DNA from: Deltaproteobacteria bacterium
GTDB taxonomy: Bacteria; Myxococcota_A; Polyangia; Polyangiales; Houyiibacteriaceae
Direction of reading: 5' to 3'
NCBI GenBank assembly: GCA_034670305.1
Contig: JAXMNT010000076.1
Coordinates: forward strand, 1 to 26,050
Length of the DNA stretch: 26,050 nucleotides
Shown: positions 9,793-17,533 of the stretch, in pieces
Numbering within the stretch: position 1 is the stretch's first letter
How the letters are laid out: every line of letters starts with the position of its first letter
Notes under the pieces: generated by a model
The model's database searches: none
The model's input: only the letters and a program-made list of their open reading frames with translations
What the model was told of the DNA's origin: nothing
Translations under genes and position numbers: made by a program

Positions 9793-11523
9793 ATGCGCTT
9801 CTTCCCCTTGCAGGCCGTCTTGGCCGTGGTCGGTATTCTCTCTCTTACAGGCTGTCCTTCGGGCCCCGGTGTCGGCCCTGGTGGCGACGGCGGCGGCGGG
9901 GAGGACTCCGGCAGCGAAGGCGACGCGGGCCAGGGCGAGGACGTCTTCGTGCCCCCGAGCGACGACCTGTGTGGCAACGGCCTCGACGACGATCGCGACG
10001 GAGCGGTCGACGAGGAGTGCACCTGCGATGCGGGCGCGAGCCAGACCTGCTACCGGGGTGACCCCGCGTTGGCCGGCATCGGCGCGTGCGTGCTCGGCAT
10101 GCAGCAGTGCACCAGCGACTTCGAGTTCAGCTCCTGGGACGCGTGCGTGGGCGACGGAAGCCCCGCCACCGAGATCTGCGACCGAGTCGACAACGACTGC
10201 GACGGAACGGTCGACGAAGGCTGCGCCTGCATTCCTGGCGAGACCCGCGCCTGTTACTCCGGCAGCGGCGACGACATCGGCATCGGCGCCTGCTCGGCCG
10301 GTGTCGAGACCTGTGTCGCCGACGCGGACGGCTCCGACTGGGATGCCTGCTCGGGCGAAGTGCTTCCGAGCGATGAAGACTGCGATGGCGGCGACGAAGA
10401 CTGCGACGGCGTGATCGACGAGGGCTGCAGCTGTGTGCTCGGCACCACCCGCGCTTGCTACGGCGGCTCGGCCGGTACCGCGGGCGTCGGCGCGTGCATG
10501 GACGGCATGCAGGAGTGCCTCGGAACGGGTACCTCGTCCGCCTGGGGCGCGTGCTCCGGCGAAGTCCGGCCCCGGACCGAAGTCTGTTCCGGTGGCGGAG
10601 ACGAAGACTGCGACGGTCTCGTCGACTGTGCCGATCCCGACTGCGAAGCCGGATGCTGCATGCCCTACGACGAGACGCTTCCGGTCGTGCCGGCCGAAGG
10701 CGAAATCCTTTTCGTCATCGACCGCTCGGGCAGCATGGACTTCCCGGCCGTCGGCACCACCCGCACCCGCTGGGTCGAACTCCAGGACGCGATGAGCTCG
10801 GTCTTGCCGATGGTCAGCGACCTGCCACTCGGCATGTTGACCTTCCCGCTGCTCACCGGCGACGCGGAGCGAGACAACTGCATGGTGGCGTCCAGCCCGG
10901 ACATCGACGTCGCCGTGGGCACGAGCTCCGCCATCTCGAGCCGCCTCGTCGCCGCGGACCCCCGCGCGGGCGACACCCCGACGCCGGCTGCGCTGGCGAC
11001 GACCGAAACCTACCTCGCCGGCCGCTCGACCTCGGGCACGCCCTTCGTCATCCTTGCGACCGATGGACTCCCGGAGCCGAACTGCGGCGCGACCGTGGGC
11101 GCGACGGTCTCGGCCATCAGCGGACTTCGTTCGCGTGAAGGCGTGGACGTCTTCGTGCTCGGCATCGTCGGCCCCGACCCGGATGGCGACACCTCCGGGA
11201 TCCCGGCGCTCCAGGACGCCCTGAACATGTTCGCCGATGCGGGTGGACGCCCGCGCGCCGGCGCGACCCGCTACTACGAAGCCGTGGACGCCGCGAGCCT
11301 CACGAGCTCCCTGGAGTCGATCCTCGGCGCCGCGACGGACTGTCGCTTCGCCCTCGACACCGCGCCTGCCCGCCCGGCGAGTGTGACCGTGCGTCAAGAC
11401 GCGACGGTCGTGCCCGCGAGTGGATACACGCTCACCGGTCGTCTGCTCGAGTTCTCGGGCGCGTACTGCGACCAGATCCGCAACGGCCGGGTCAGCAGCA
11501 TCCGGGTCACCGACGGCTGCTGA
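9793..11523 (+). CDS. Lipoprotein with Cys/Asp-rich repeats and C-terminal VWA domain
   Basis: Lipobox LSLTG-C21. Four CD/NxxDxDCDGxxD-type repeats. VWA MIDAS motif FVIDRSGSM, then GDTPT and ILATDGLP. Confidence 0.88.
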   Translation: MRFFPLQAVLAVVGILSLTGCPSGPGVGPGGDGGGGEDSGSEGDAGQGEDVFVPPSDDLCGNGLDDDRDGAVDEECTCDAGASQTCYRGDPALAGIGACVLGMQQCTSDFEFSSWDACVGDGSPATEICDRVDNDCDGTVDEGCACIPGETRACYSGSGDDIGIGACSAGVETCVADADGSDWDACSGEVLPSDEDCDGGDEDCDGVIDEGCSCVLGTTRACYGGSAGTAGVGACMDGMQECLGTGTSSAWGACSGEVRPRTEVCSGGGDEDCDGLVDCADPDCEAGCCMPYDETLPVVPAEGEILFVIDRSGSMDFPAVGTTRTRWVELQDAMSSVLPMVSDLPLGMLTFPLLTGDAERDNCMVASSPDIDVAVGTSSAISSRLVAADPRAGDTPTPAALATTETYLAGRSTSGTPFVILATDGLPEPNCGATVGATVSAISGLRSREGVDVFVLGIVGPDPDGDTSGIPALQDALNMFADAGGRPRAGATRYYEAVDAASLTSSLESILGAATDCRFALDTAPARPASVTVRQDATVVPASGYTLTGRLLEFSGAYCDQIRNGRVSSIRVTDGC

Positions 11524-11662
11524 TTCTCATTCGGGCGGCCGGCCCGAACCTGTGACCTGACGCCGCGCGGCCATGTGCCGACGCGGCGTCTCGGTTTTGG
11601 GTGGGCGTTGCGCCGTTGCGTGCGAGCACGCACCGACCGATGCCGACGCCATCCCGACGCGA

Positions 11663-11709
11663 ACCAAGGGCATGGGCAAGGGCACCAAGGGCGAGGGCAA
11701 GGGCAAGGG
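11663..11709. repeat. GGCAAG-type hexamer tract (element copy 2)
   Basis: ACCAAGGGCATGGGCAAGGGCACCAAGGGCGAGGGCAAGGGCAAGGG; intergenic between convergent genes. Confidence 0.7.
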
Positions 11710-11732
11710 GGACAGGCGCCCAGCGCCTGTCC
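11710..11732. terminator. Perfect 10-bp hairpin abutting the arsC-family stop codon (terminator or REP-like)
   Basis: GGACAGGCGC-CCA-GCGCCTGTCC. There is no U-tract, so a terminator role is uncertain. Confidence 0.5.
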
Positions 11733-12073
11733 TACAGGATCTCCTCGATCGCTTCCGTTGGCCTTCCGATGCGCGCGCCCTTGTCGGTGATCACGACCGG
11801 TCGTTCGATGAGCTTCGGGTGTTGGGCCATGGCGTCGAGCAGCGCCTTCTTCGGCGACGTCTTCGTGAGTCCGAGCTCTCCGAAGAGCGATTCCTTCGTC
11901 CGCACGAGCGAGATCGCTTCGCCCCCCAGCAGCGCGATCACCTCGGTCAGCCGCTTCTTGGTCGGCGGCGCGTCGAGGTACTTCACGATCGTCGGTTCCA
12001 GACCGCGCGCTTCGAGCAGTGCGAGGGCTTGACGGGACTTGGTGCAGCGCGGGTTGTGCCAGATCTCCAACAT
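11732..12073 (-). CDS. arsC: ArsC (glutaredoxin-type)/Spx-MgsR family reductase
   Basis: HNPRCTKSR, YLDAPP, HPKLIERP and ARIGRP motifs; 113 aa. Confidence 0.85.
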   Translation of the reverse strand: MLEIWHNPRCTKSRQALALLEARGLEPTIVKYLDAPPTKKRLTEVIALLGGEAISLVRTKESLFGELGLTKTSPKKALLDAMAQHPKLIERPVVITDKGARIGRPTEAIEEIL

Positions 12074-12138
12074 GGGGCAGACCTCTCACACCTTAGGCGC
12101 CTCGGCAAACCCTATCCAGTGCATGATGGGTGTCGACG

Positions 12139-13113
12139 ATGGACCTGCGCGAACCGCTCGATCTCCAGCGACATGTGTTCACCGAGACCCATCGGTTGAG
12201 CCGGCCGTTCCGCACCGCGGCGTACACGCGGACGGAGATCCAGCTGCTGCGGGTCGATCTCTCGCTCGGGGGCTTCACCGGCCGAGGCGAGAGCTTCGTG
12301 CACGAACGTTCGGGCACCACCCTAGAGGCAGAGTTGGGGCGCGCCCGCGCGTTCCCGATCCGGCACCTGCTCGGTGTGCAACGCGCCGCCGGCTCGCCCG
12401 GTCTCGATGCACTGGACTGCGCGCTCTGGGACTTGCGGTGCAAACATGCCGGACAGCGCGCTTGGGAGACGCTCGGCCTCGAGCCGGCACCGGTCGAGAC
12501 GATGTTCACGGTCGGCGTCGACGAACCCAGCGCGATGCAAGCGAGCGCGGCGGCGCATCGCACGTTCTCGGTCTTGAAAGTGAAGGTGGGTCCCGACCAC
12601 GCGATCGACGTCGTCGACGCGGTGCTTCAGGGCCATCCCGAAGCGCGCCTCGTACTCGACGGCAACGAGTCGTGGTCGGTGGCGGACTACGAGCGGCTCG
12701 TGCCGCAGCTGACCGCGTTTCGAGTCGCGCTGATCGAACAGCCCCTCCGCCCCGAAGACGAACATGCGCTGGCCGGCGAACGTCCGATCCCCATCTGTGC
12801 CGACGAGAGCCTGCGCGACCGGCTGCCCCCCGGCATCGAACAGCACTACGACTGCGTGAACGTGAAGCTCCCCAAAGCGGGCGGCCTCACCCGCGCCCGG
12901 CGGCTGCAACGAGAAGCGCGCGCCCGCGGCCTCGGTGTCTTCGTGGGCTGCATGGTCTCCACCTCCCTCGCCATCGCCCCCGCCTACCTCCTCGCCCTCG
13001 ACGCCGACTTCGTCGATCTCGACGGCCCCCTCCACCTCGACCAAGACCGCCCCCACGCCTGCCACTACGACGGCCCCTTGCTCCACCCCCCGCCCCCCGC
13101 CCTCTGGGGCTGA
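12139..13113 (+). CDS. Dipeptide (L-Ala-D/L-Glu) epimerase, enolase superfamily
   Basis: KVK motif, metal ligands LDGNE / IEQP / [27 protein letters not shown] and the DLD motif. Start could also be GTG 12130. Confidence 0.87.
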   Translation: MDLREPLDLQRHVFTETHRLSRPFRTAAYTRTEIQLLRVDLSLGGFTGRGESFVHERSGTTLEAELGRARAFPIRHLLGVQRAAGSPGLDALDCALWDLRCKHAGQRAWETLGLEPAPVETMFTVGVDEPSAMQASAAAHRTFSVLKVKVGPDHAIDVVDAVLQGHPEARLVLDGNESWSVADYERLVPQLTAFRVALIEQPLRPEDEHALAGERPIPICADESLRDRLPPGIEQHYDCVNVKLPKAGGLTRARRLQREARARGLGVFVGCMVSTSLAIAPAYLLALDADFVDLDGPLHLDQDRPHACHYDGPLLHPPPPALWG

Positions 13114-13135
13114 GCCAGAACAGAAGCGTAGGAAG

Positions 13136-13525
13136 CAGAAGCAGCAGCAGCAGCAGAAGCGGCAACAGCAACAGCAACAGCAACAGCAACGGCAACAGCA
13201 ACAGAAGCGGTAGCGGTAGCGGTAGCGGTAGCGGTAGCGGAGTCGGTTGCGGAAGCGGAAGCGGAAGCGGAGTCGGTAGCGGTAGCGGAAGCGGAAGCGG
13301 AAGCGGAGTCGGTAGCGGAACCGGAAGCGGAAGCGGAGTCGGCTTCGGGATCGGCTTCGGAGTCGGCGTCGGCTTCGGCGTCGGCGTCGGAGTCGGCTTC
13401 GGGATCGGCTTCGGGATCGGCTTCGGGATCGGCCTCGGCGTCGGCTTCGGCGTCGGCTTCGGCGTCGGCTTCGGGATCGGCTTCGGAGTCGGCTTCGGGA
13501 TCGGCTTCGGAGTCGGCTTCGGAGA
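13136..13525. repeat. Compound hexamer array of 65 in-register C(A/G)GNNN units
   Basis: CAGAAG/CAGCAG, then CAGCAA, CGGTAG, CGGAAG/CGGAGT, and finally CGGCTT/CGGGAT/CGGCGT. Register is unbroken over 390 nt. Confidence 0.93.
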
Positions 13526-13527
13526 GG

Positions 13528-13668
13528 GACCGCAGGACCGCAGCACTGCAGCACCGCAGCACGGACCAAGGGCAATGGCAGGGGCAAGGGCAAGGGCATC
13601 GCGCCTTTGGCGCTCGCAAGGGAGCTGCACCGCAGGACCGGCTTCGGGGATCGGCTTCGGCTTCGGCG
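13528..13668. repeat. Octamer repeat (G/C)AC(C/T)GCAG x4, GGCAAG tract with small hairpin (copy 3), then short TCGGCT tract
   Basis: GACCGCAG GACCGCAG CACTGCAG CACCGCAG; ACCAAGGGCAATGGCAGGGGCAAGGGCAAGGGCATC; GCGCC-TTT-GGCGC; GCAAGGGAGC. Confidence 0.65.
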
Positions 13669-13689
13669 TTCTGGTGGTATAGCGTCGCC

Positions 13690-14430
13690 ATGTCCCTGCA
13701 TCGCGTCCGGCCCAGCTCTCTTTGTGTCTTCCTCGCCCTGTGCACCGCCCTCGCCCTCGGGTGCGGCGACGACGATGGCACCGTGGCCGACGCGGGTTCG
13801 GACGCGGGCAGCGTGGACGGCGGGTCCATGGACGCGGGAACCACCGGCGACGACGCCTCCGCCGAAGACGCGTCCGCCGAAGACGCGTCCACCGAAGACG
13901 CGTCCACCGAAGACGCTTCCACGGAAGACGCGTCCGGCATGGACGCGGCCACGTCGGACGGGGGCACCGACGCAGGAGCCGCGCCGGACGACGCAGGTCC
14001 GGACGGAGGCTTCGTGGTCGACGCGCCCGGCGCCTGTCACGGCTACACGTTCGGCCGAGGTCCGGTTGCGCTCGAGTCCCTGGCCGCGTTGCCCGCGACC
14101 CTGGGAGGTGGCGAGATCCCGGTCGGGTCCTTCGATCTGGTCCGCGCCGAGACGAGCGGCGCGCTGCGCGGCATGGTGCGGGGCACCTGGGTGTTCGAGG
14201 CGGCGGATCTCTTGCAGCGCATCGACGCGTTCACCACCGGGCCGACGTTGCCCGAACCCAACCCGCGCACAGAGACCGTTCGCACCGAAGGGACGCGGCT
14301 CCTGCGGGGATCGACGTGCTTCGGCACCGACACCTTCGACAACCAGTACGAGGTGCGTGTGACCGGCGGAGGAACCCTGCTGCTCGTGCTCCAGGGGTCG
14401 CTCCTGTTCACGTACCAGCTACGCGAGTGA
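13690..14430 (+). CDS. Hypothetical lipoprotein with acidic DAS(A/T)E repeats
   Basis: Lipobox LALG-C, D/A/G-rich linker typical of myxobacterial lipoproteins, beta-rich C-terminal domain. Confidence 0.75.
   Translation: MSLHRVRPSSLCVFLALCTALALGCGDDDGTVADAGSDAGSVDGGSMDAGTTGDDASAEDASAEDASTEDASTEDASTEDASGMDAATSDGGTDAGAAPDDAGPDGGFVVDAPGACHGYTFGRGPVALESLAALPATLGGGEIPVGSFDLVRAETSGALRGMVRGTWVFEAADLLQRIDAFTTGPTLPEPNPRTETVRTEGTRLLRGSTCFGTDTFDNQYEVRVTGGGTLLLVLQGSLLFTYQLRE
13852..13935 (+). repeat. Coding 15-nt tandem repeat GACGCSTCCRCCGAA ([10 protein letters not shown]), about 5.5 copies
   Basis: Directly visible and in frame. Confidence 0.85.
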
Positions 14431-16202
14431 TGGACCCCATCGCTGGAGGGTGCGTCCCCGCGACGACGTCGGGCATTGGTTCCCAGGCTTGGTGCACGGC
14501 CCCCTGGACGGCCCGCTGGACGTTCGGGTGTGCGCTCGTGCTCGCCGGGCTCTCGTGCCGCACCGCCGAGCCGCTCGGCCAATCTCCACCTGAACAGGAA
14601 ACGAACGATCCGGTTCAAGTGGAGCTGGTGCTCCAGGATGCCGATGGCGCACCGATGCCGGGCGCGCGCGTCGTCGTGTTCTGGGACGAGGAGAGTCGTC
14701 TTCGGGATCCACACCGCGACGAGTCGGACGGCGACGAACCGGACGGCGACGATTCGCAGCGCGACGGCTTGCGTGACGATCCGGCCAGCGGCGGTCCCCA
14801 AGACGGGCGGGGAGACCAGGTGGAAACGGCGTCGGTGCTCGAGGGCGCTCTCGGCTGGTACGTGCGTCGGCAGGCGTTCGCGCCCGGCGCCAACGAGGTC
14901 CATGCCTACGTAGGTCCGCGCTCGGTGCTCGAGGTGCGCCCCGGTCCGGTCACGCTGGTCGTCGCACGCGGACATGCGCGACCCGTGCGGCACACCTTTG
15001 ACGCGCGGCGCGAACGTCGCGTGGTCCTCGACGTGTCCGCCGCCGATCCACACGAGGGCTGGGCCTGCGCCGACCTGCACCTGCACGGATTCGTTCCGGG
15101 AGACGCCTCCGAACACGCCCTGGGCAACCTCCTGGAGATCGAGGGACTCGACGCTGCGGCGTTTGTGGACTGGGCCGGCCGGGTCGAGGGCGCGCCCCGC
15201 AGCGAACACTGGGGCGGCTTCGCTTGGACCGAAGCGGAGCTGTCTCGACGAGAGTCTGCTGGCGGCGCGCTCCTCATGCGCGCTCAAGCGTGGGCCCGTC
15301 CCGAACGCACCTGCGCGATGCACGTGTTCGGACACCGCACCCCGGTCGCCGGCATCAGCAAACACTCGCGCGCGCACATCGTCGCCACGGCCCAGTCGGA
15401 GGGCGGCTGGGTCAGTGGTGCGCTCGGGCGCATCTTCGTCGAAGGGGCGCTGCGCGGCGACGTCGCGACCTCGGAGGTGCTTTCGCTCGGCCGGTTTCAC
15501 CGGCTCGACGAGTGGTACGATCTACTCAACGTGGGCGCTCGAATCGGTGCGATCGCAGGCACGGATGCGCAGTTCGGTGCGCGGCCTCAGACCCTCGTGG
15601 ACTACCACGCACCGCTCGGCGCCAACCGGGTCTGCGTCGCGATCGAGGACGCCGAAGCCGACCCGGGTGCCGGAGGGGAGGTCGGTCAAGCACAGCTCTT
15701 CGCGGCGCTAGAGGCCGGTCACTCCTACGTCACCTCGGGTCCGGCGCTCTCTCTCCGGGTCGGGGGCGAGGGACCGGGGAGCGTGACGACGCTTTCGGCG
15801 CCTCAGATGCTGCCGGTCCGGGTCGCCATCCACGCCGTGCACGCGCCCGTCGGCGAACTCGTGTTGCTACAGAACGGCGCGCCGATCTGGACCCGCACGC
15901 TCGGGCCGCGCGTCACCGCCGTGGAGGACATCGTGCCGGTCCGCTTCGAGACGTCTTCGTGGCTCGCGCTCCGCTTCGAAGGCACCGCGCGGGTGGACGG
16001 AGGCGAACTCCCGCTGGCCCACACCTCGCCGGTCTACGTGCAGGTGGGGAACGCGCGACCGTTCGATGCGCAGAGTGCGGTGCGGGTCGCCGAACGCATT
16101 CCTTCCGATGCCGACATCGCGCAGAGCGGCCGCTCGACCGAAGCCGAACGTCACCTCTCCCGACAGTGGGCGCGCGAAGCCCGCGCGCAACTCGCCCGCT
16201 AG
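14430..16202 (+). CDS. Exported PHP-like metallohydrolase (CehA/McbA-like)
   Basis: GWACADLHLH, WYDLLNVG..AIAGTD, ALEAGHSYVTSGP, SSWLALR and AHTSPVYV. ATG overlaps the upstream TGA. Possible lipobox LAGLS-C. Confidence 0.7.
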   Translation: MDPIAGGCVPATTSGIGSQAWCTAPWTARWTFGCALVLAGLSCRTAEPLGQSPPEQETNDPVQVELVLQDADGAPMPGARVVVFWDEESRLRDPHRDESDGDEPDGDDSQRDGLRDDPASGGPQDGRGDQVETASVLEGALGWYVRRQAFAPGANEVHAYVGPRSVLEVRPGPVTLVVARGHARPVRHTFDARRERRVVLDVSAADPHEGWACADLHLHGFVPGDASEHALGNLLEIEGLDAAAFVDWAGRVEGAPRSEHWGGFAWTEAELSRRESAGGALLMRAQAWARPERTCAMHVFGHRTPVAGISKHSRAHIVATAQSEGGWVSGALGRIFVEGALRGDVATSEVLSLGRFHRLDEWYDLLNVGARIGAIAGTDAQFGARPQTLVDYHAPLGANRVCVAIEDAEADPGAGGEVGQAQLFAALEAGHSYVTSGPALSLRVGGEGPGSVTTLSAPQMLPVRVAIHAVHAPVGELVLLQNGAPIWTRTLGPRVTAVEDIVPVRFETSSWLALRFEGTARVDGGELPLAHTSPVYVQVGNARPFDAQSAVRVAERIPSDADIAQSGRSTEAERHLSRQWAREARAQLAR

Positions 16203-16207
16203 CCGCC

Positions 16208-17533
16208 GTGTCCCAAGCGCATCTGCCGCAGTCCAAGAAACAAGCCCGCTGGCACGACGTGTCGCGCGGTTGGTTCGTGATGTTCGCGGTCGCGTTCCCG
16301 GCCGCGATGCTGATGGTGCACGCGGGTCTCGGACACGAAGGCGACATCGCGTTCTTCCACGAGTGGTACCTCGCGTTTCGGGACGGGCCTGCGTTCTATC
16401 GGGATGGCCCTGGGCTCAACTACCCGATCCTCGGCGTGCTCGCGGTGTGCCTGCCTTCTCACCTTGTCGAACACGCACTCGGGCACGCGCTCGACGCCGA
16501 GACCTTCCGCGCGGTGTTCAAGGCGACCCTGGCAGTTGGCGAAGGCGTGGTCGTCTTCGGACTCGCGTCGCTCGGCCGGGACATCGGGCTGCCGGCGCCG
16601 CGCCGGGTGGCGATGGTCCTGAGCGTGTTGCCGTGCGCTTGGGCACCAGGCGCGTGGTTCGGACAGATCGACGTGTGGGGCACGGCCGCGTTGCTCGGTG
16701 CGTTCGTGTGGCTCCTGCGCTACCGGCGCGATGGCGCCGCGCCGCAGCTCGGAGCGGGTCTGGCGTGTCTTCACGCCGCCATCCTTTTGAAGCAGCTCAC
16801 CTTCTTCACGTTGCCGACCTTGGGGCTGCTCGTGCTCTGGGCGCTCGGGCGACATCGAAAACCAAGCCACTGGATCGCCGCGCTGGGCAGCCCGCTCGTG
16901 TGGTTCGTGGCCGATCCGTGGCTCGTCTTGCCCGCGGGCTACCCAGGCCATCTGCATTTCGTGCTCTTCGGAGGCGGCAGCGCGCACGGCGATCTGATCG
17001 TCGCGGGCGGCGCCAGCCTCTGGTCGCTGATCGCCGACATCAACGCGTCGGCCCACGAGTGGCGCCTGCTGGGGGTGCGCGCGTACGTCTGGGGGCTGCT
17101 CGGGTTCGGAGCGACGCAGCTCTACACCACGGGGGCGCTCTGGAAGAAGCTGCGGGCCGCCGAAGAGGGCAACGCCTCGTCGACCCTAACGAAACGCAGC
17201 GCCGCCTTCGTGCTTCACGCCGGTTTGGCGAACCTGGCGATGGCGACCGTGCTCACCGGGGTGCACGAGCGGTACCTCGTGCACGCGGCGCCGCTGCTCC
17301 TGCTGGGGCTCGTCGCGGTGGGGGCCGGTCGCCGCTGGATCGCGGCCACGGGCTTCGTGCTCTCGTGGTGGGGCGTGTTCGTGATCGCGAGCCTCGACTT
17401 CGACGCGTTCGGCGGTGTCTTCACTCCGCTTCGAATGCACCAGCCCATCGCGATCCTGATCACGATGCTCTTCGTGGCACTCTTGGCCCGCCGCCGAGGG
17501 GACCCGCTCGGGGGCACCGGTTCCGATGTCTGA
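16208..17533 (+). CDS. Polytopic membrane protein, GT-C fold glycosyltransferase-like (GT87/ALG-like)
   Basis: About 10 hydrophobic segments. GDIAFFHEW..NYP, WFGQID, LLKQ and GVHERY motifs. Start is GTG 16208 or ATG 16280. Confidence 0.65.
   Translation: MSQAHLPQSKKQARWHDVSRGWFVMFAVAFPAAMLMVHAGLGHEGDIAFFHEWYLAFRDGPAFYRDGPGLNYPILGVLAVCLPSHLVEHALGHALDAETFRAVFKATLAVGEGVVVFGLASLGRDIGLPAPRRVAMVLSVLPCAWAPGAWFGQIDVWGTAALLGAFVWLLRYRRDGAAPQLGAGLACLHAAILLKQLTFFTLPTLGLLVLWALGRHRKPSHWIAALGSPLVWFVADPWLVLPAGYPGHLHFVLFGGGSAHGDLIVAGGASLWSLIADINASAHEWRLLGVRAYVWGLLGFGATQLYTTGALWKKLRAAEEGNASSTLTKRSAAFVLHAGLANLAMATVLTGVHERYLVHAAPLLLLGLVAVGAGRRWIAATGFVLSWWGVFVIASLDFDAFGGVFTPLRMHQPIAILITMLFVALLARRRGDPLGGTGSDV

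Noticed and set aside
4196-11397. Large antisense ORFs (4196-6058, 6274-9201, 9535-11397, all minus strand)
   Set aside because: These are typical high-GC shadow frames opposite accBC, the TPR gene and the VWA gene.
11732-12073. Arsenic resistance operon
   Set aside because: The ArsC-family gene stands alone, with no arsR, arsB/acr3 or arsH; many such proteins are not shown to reduce arsenate.
13136-13668. CRISPR array
   Set aside because: No 25-45 nt direct repeats separated by unique spacers, and no cas genes; the periodicity is 6 nt.
12039-14040. Long ORFs through the hexamer array (12039-13682 +, 12322-14040 -, 12887-13630 -, 13065-13967 -, 12935-13213 + poly-Q)
   Set aside because: They overlap well-supported genes. 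Their low-complexity products arise from a stop-poor hexamer repeat that is open in many frames.
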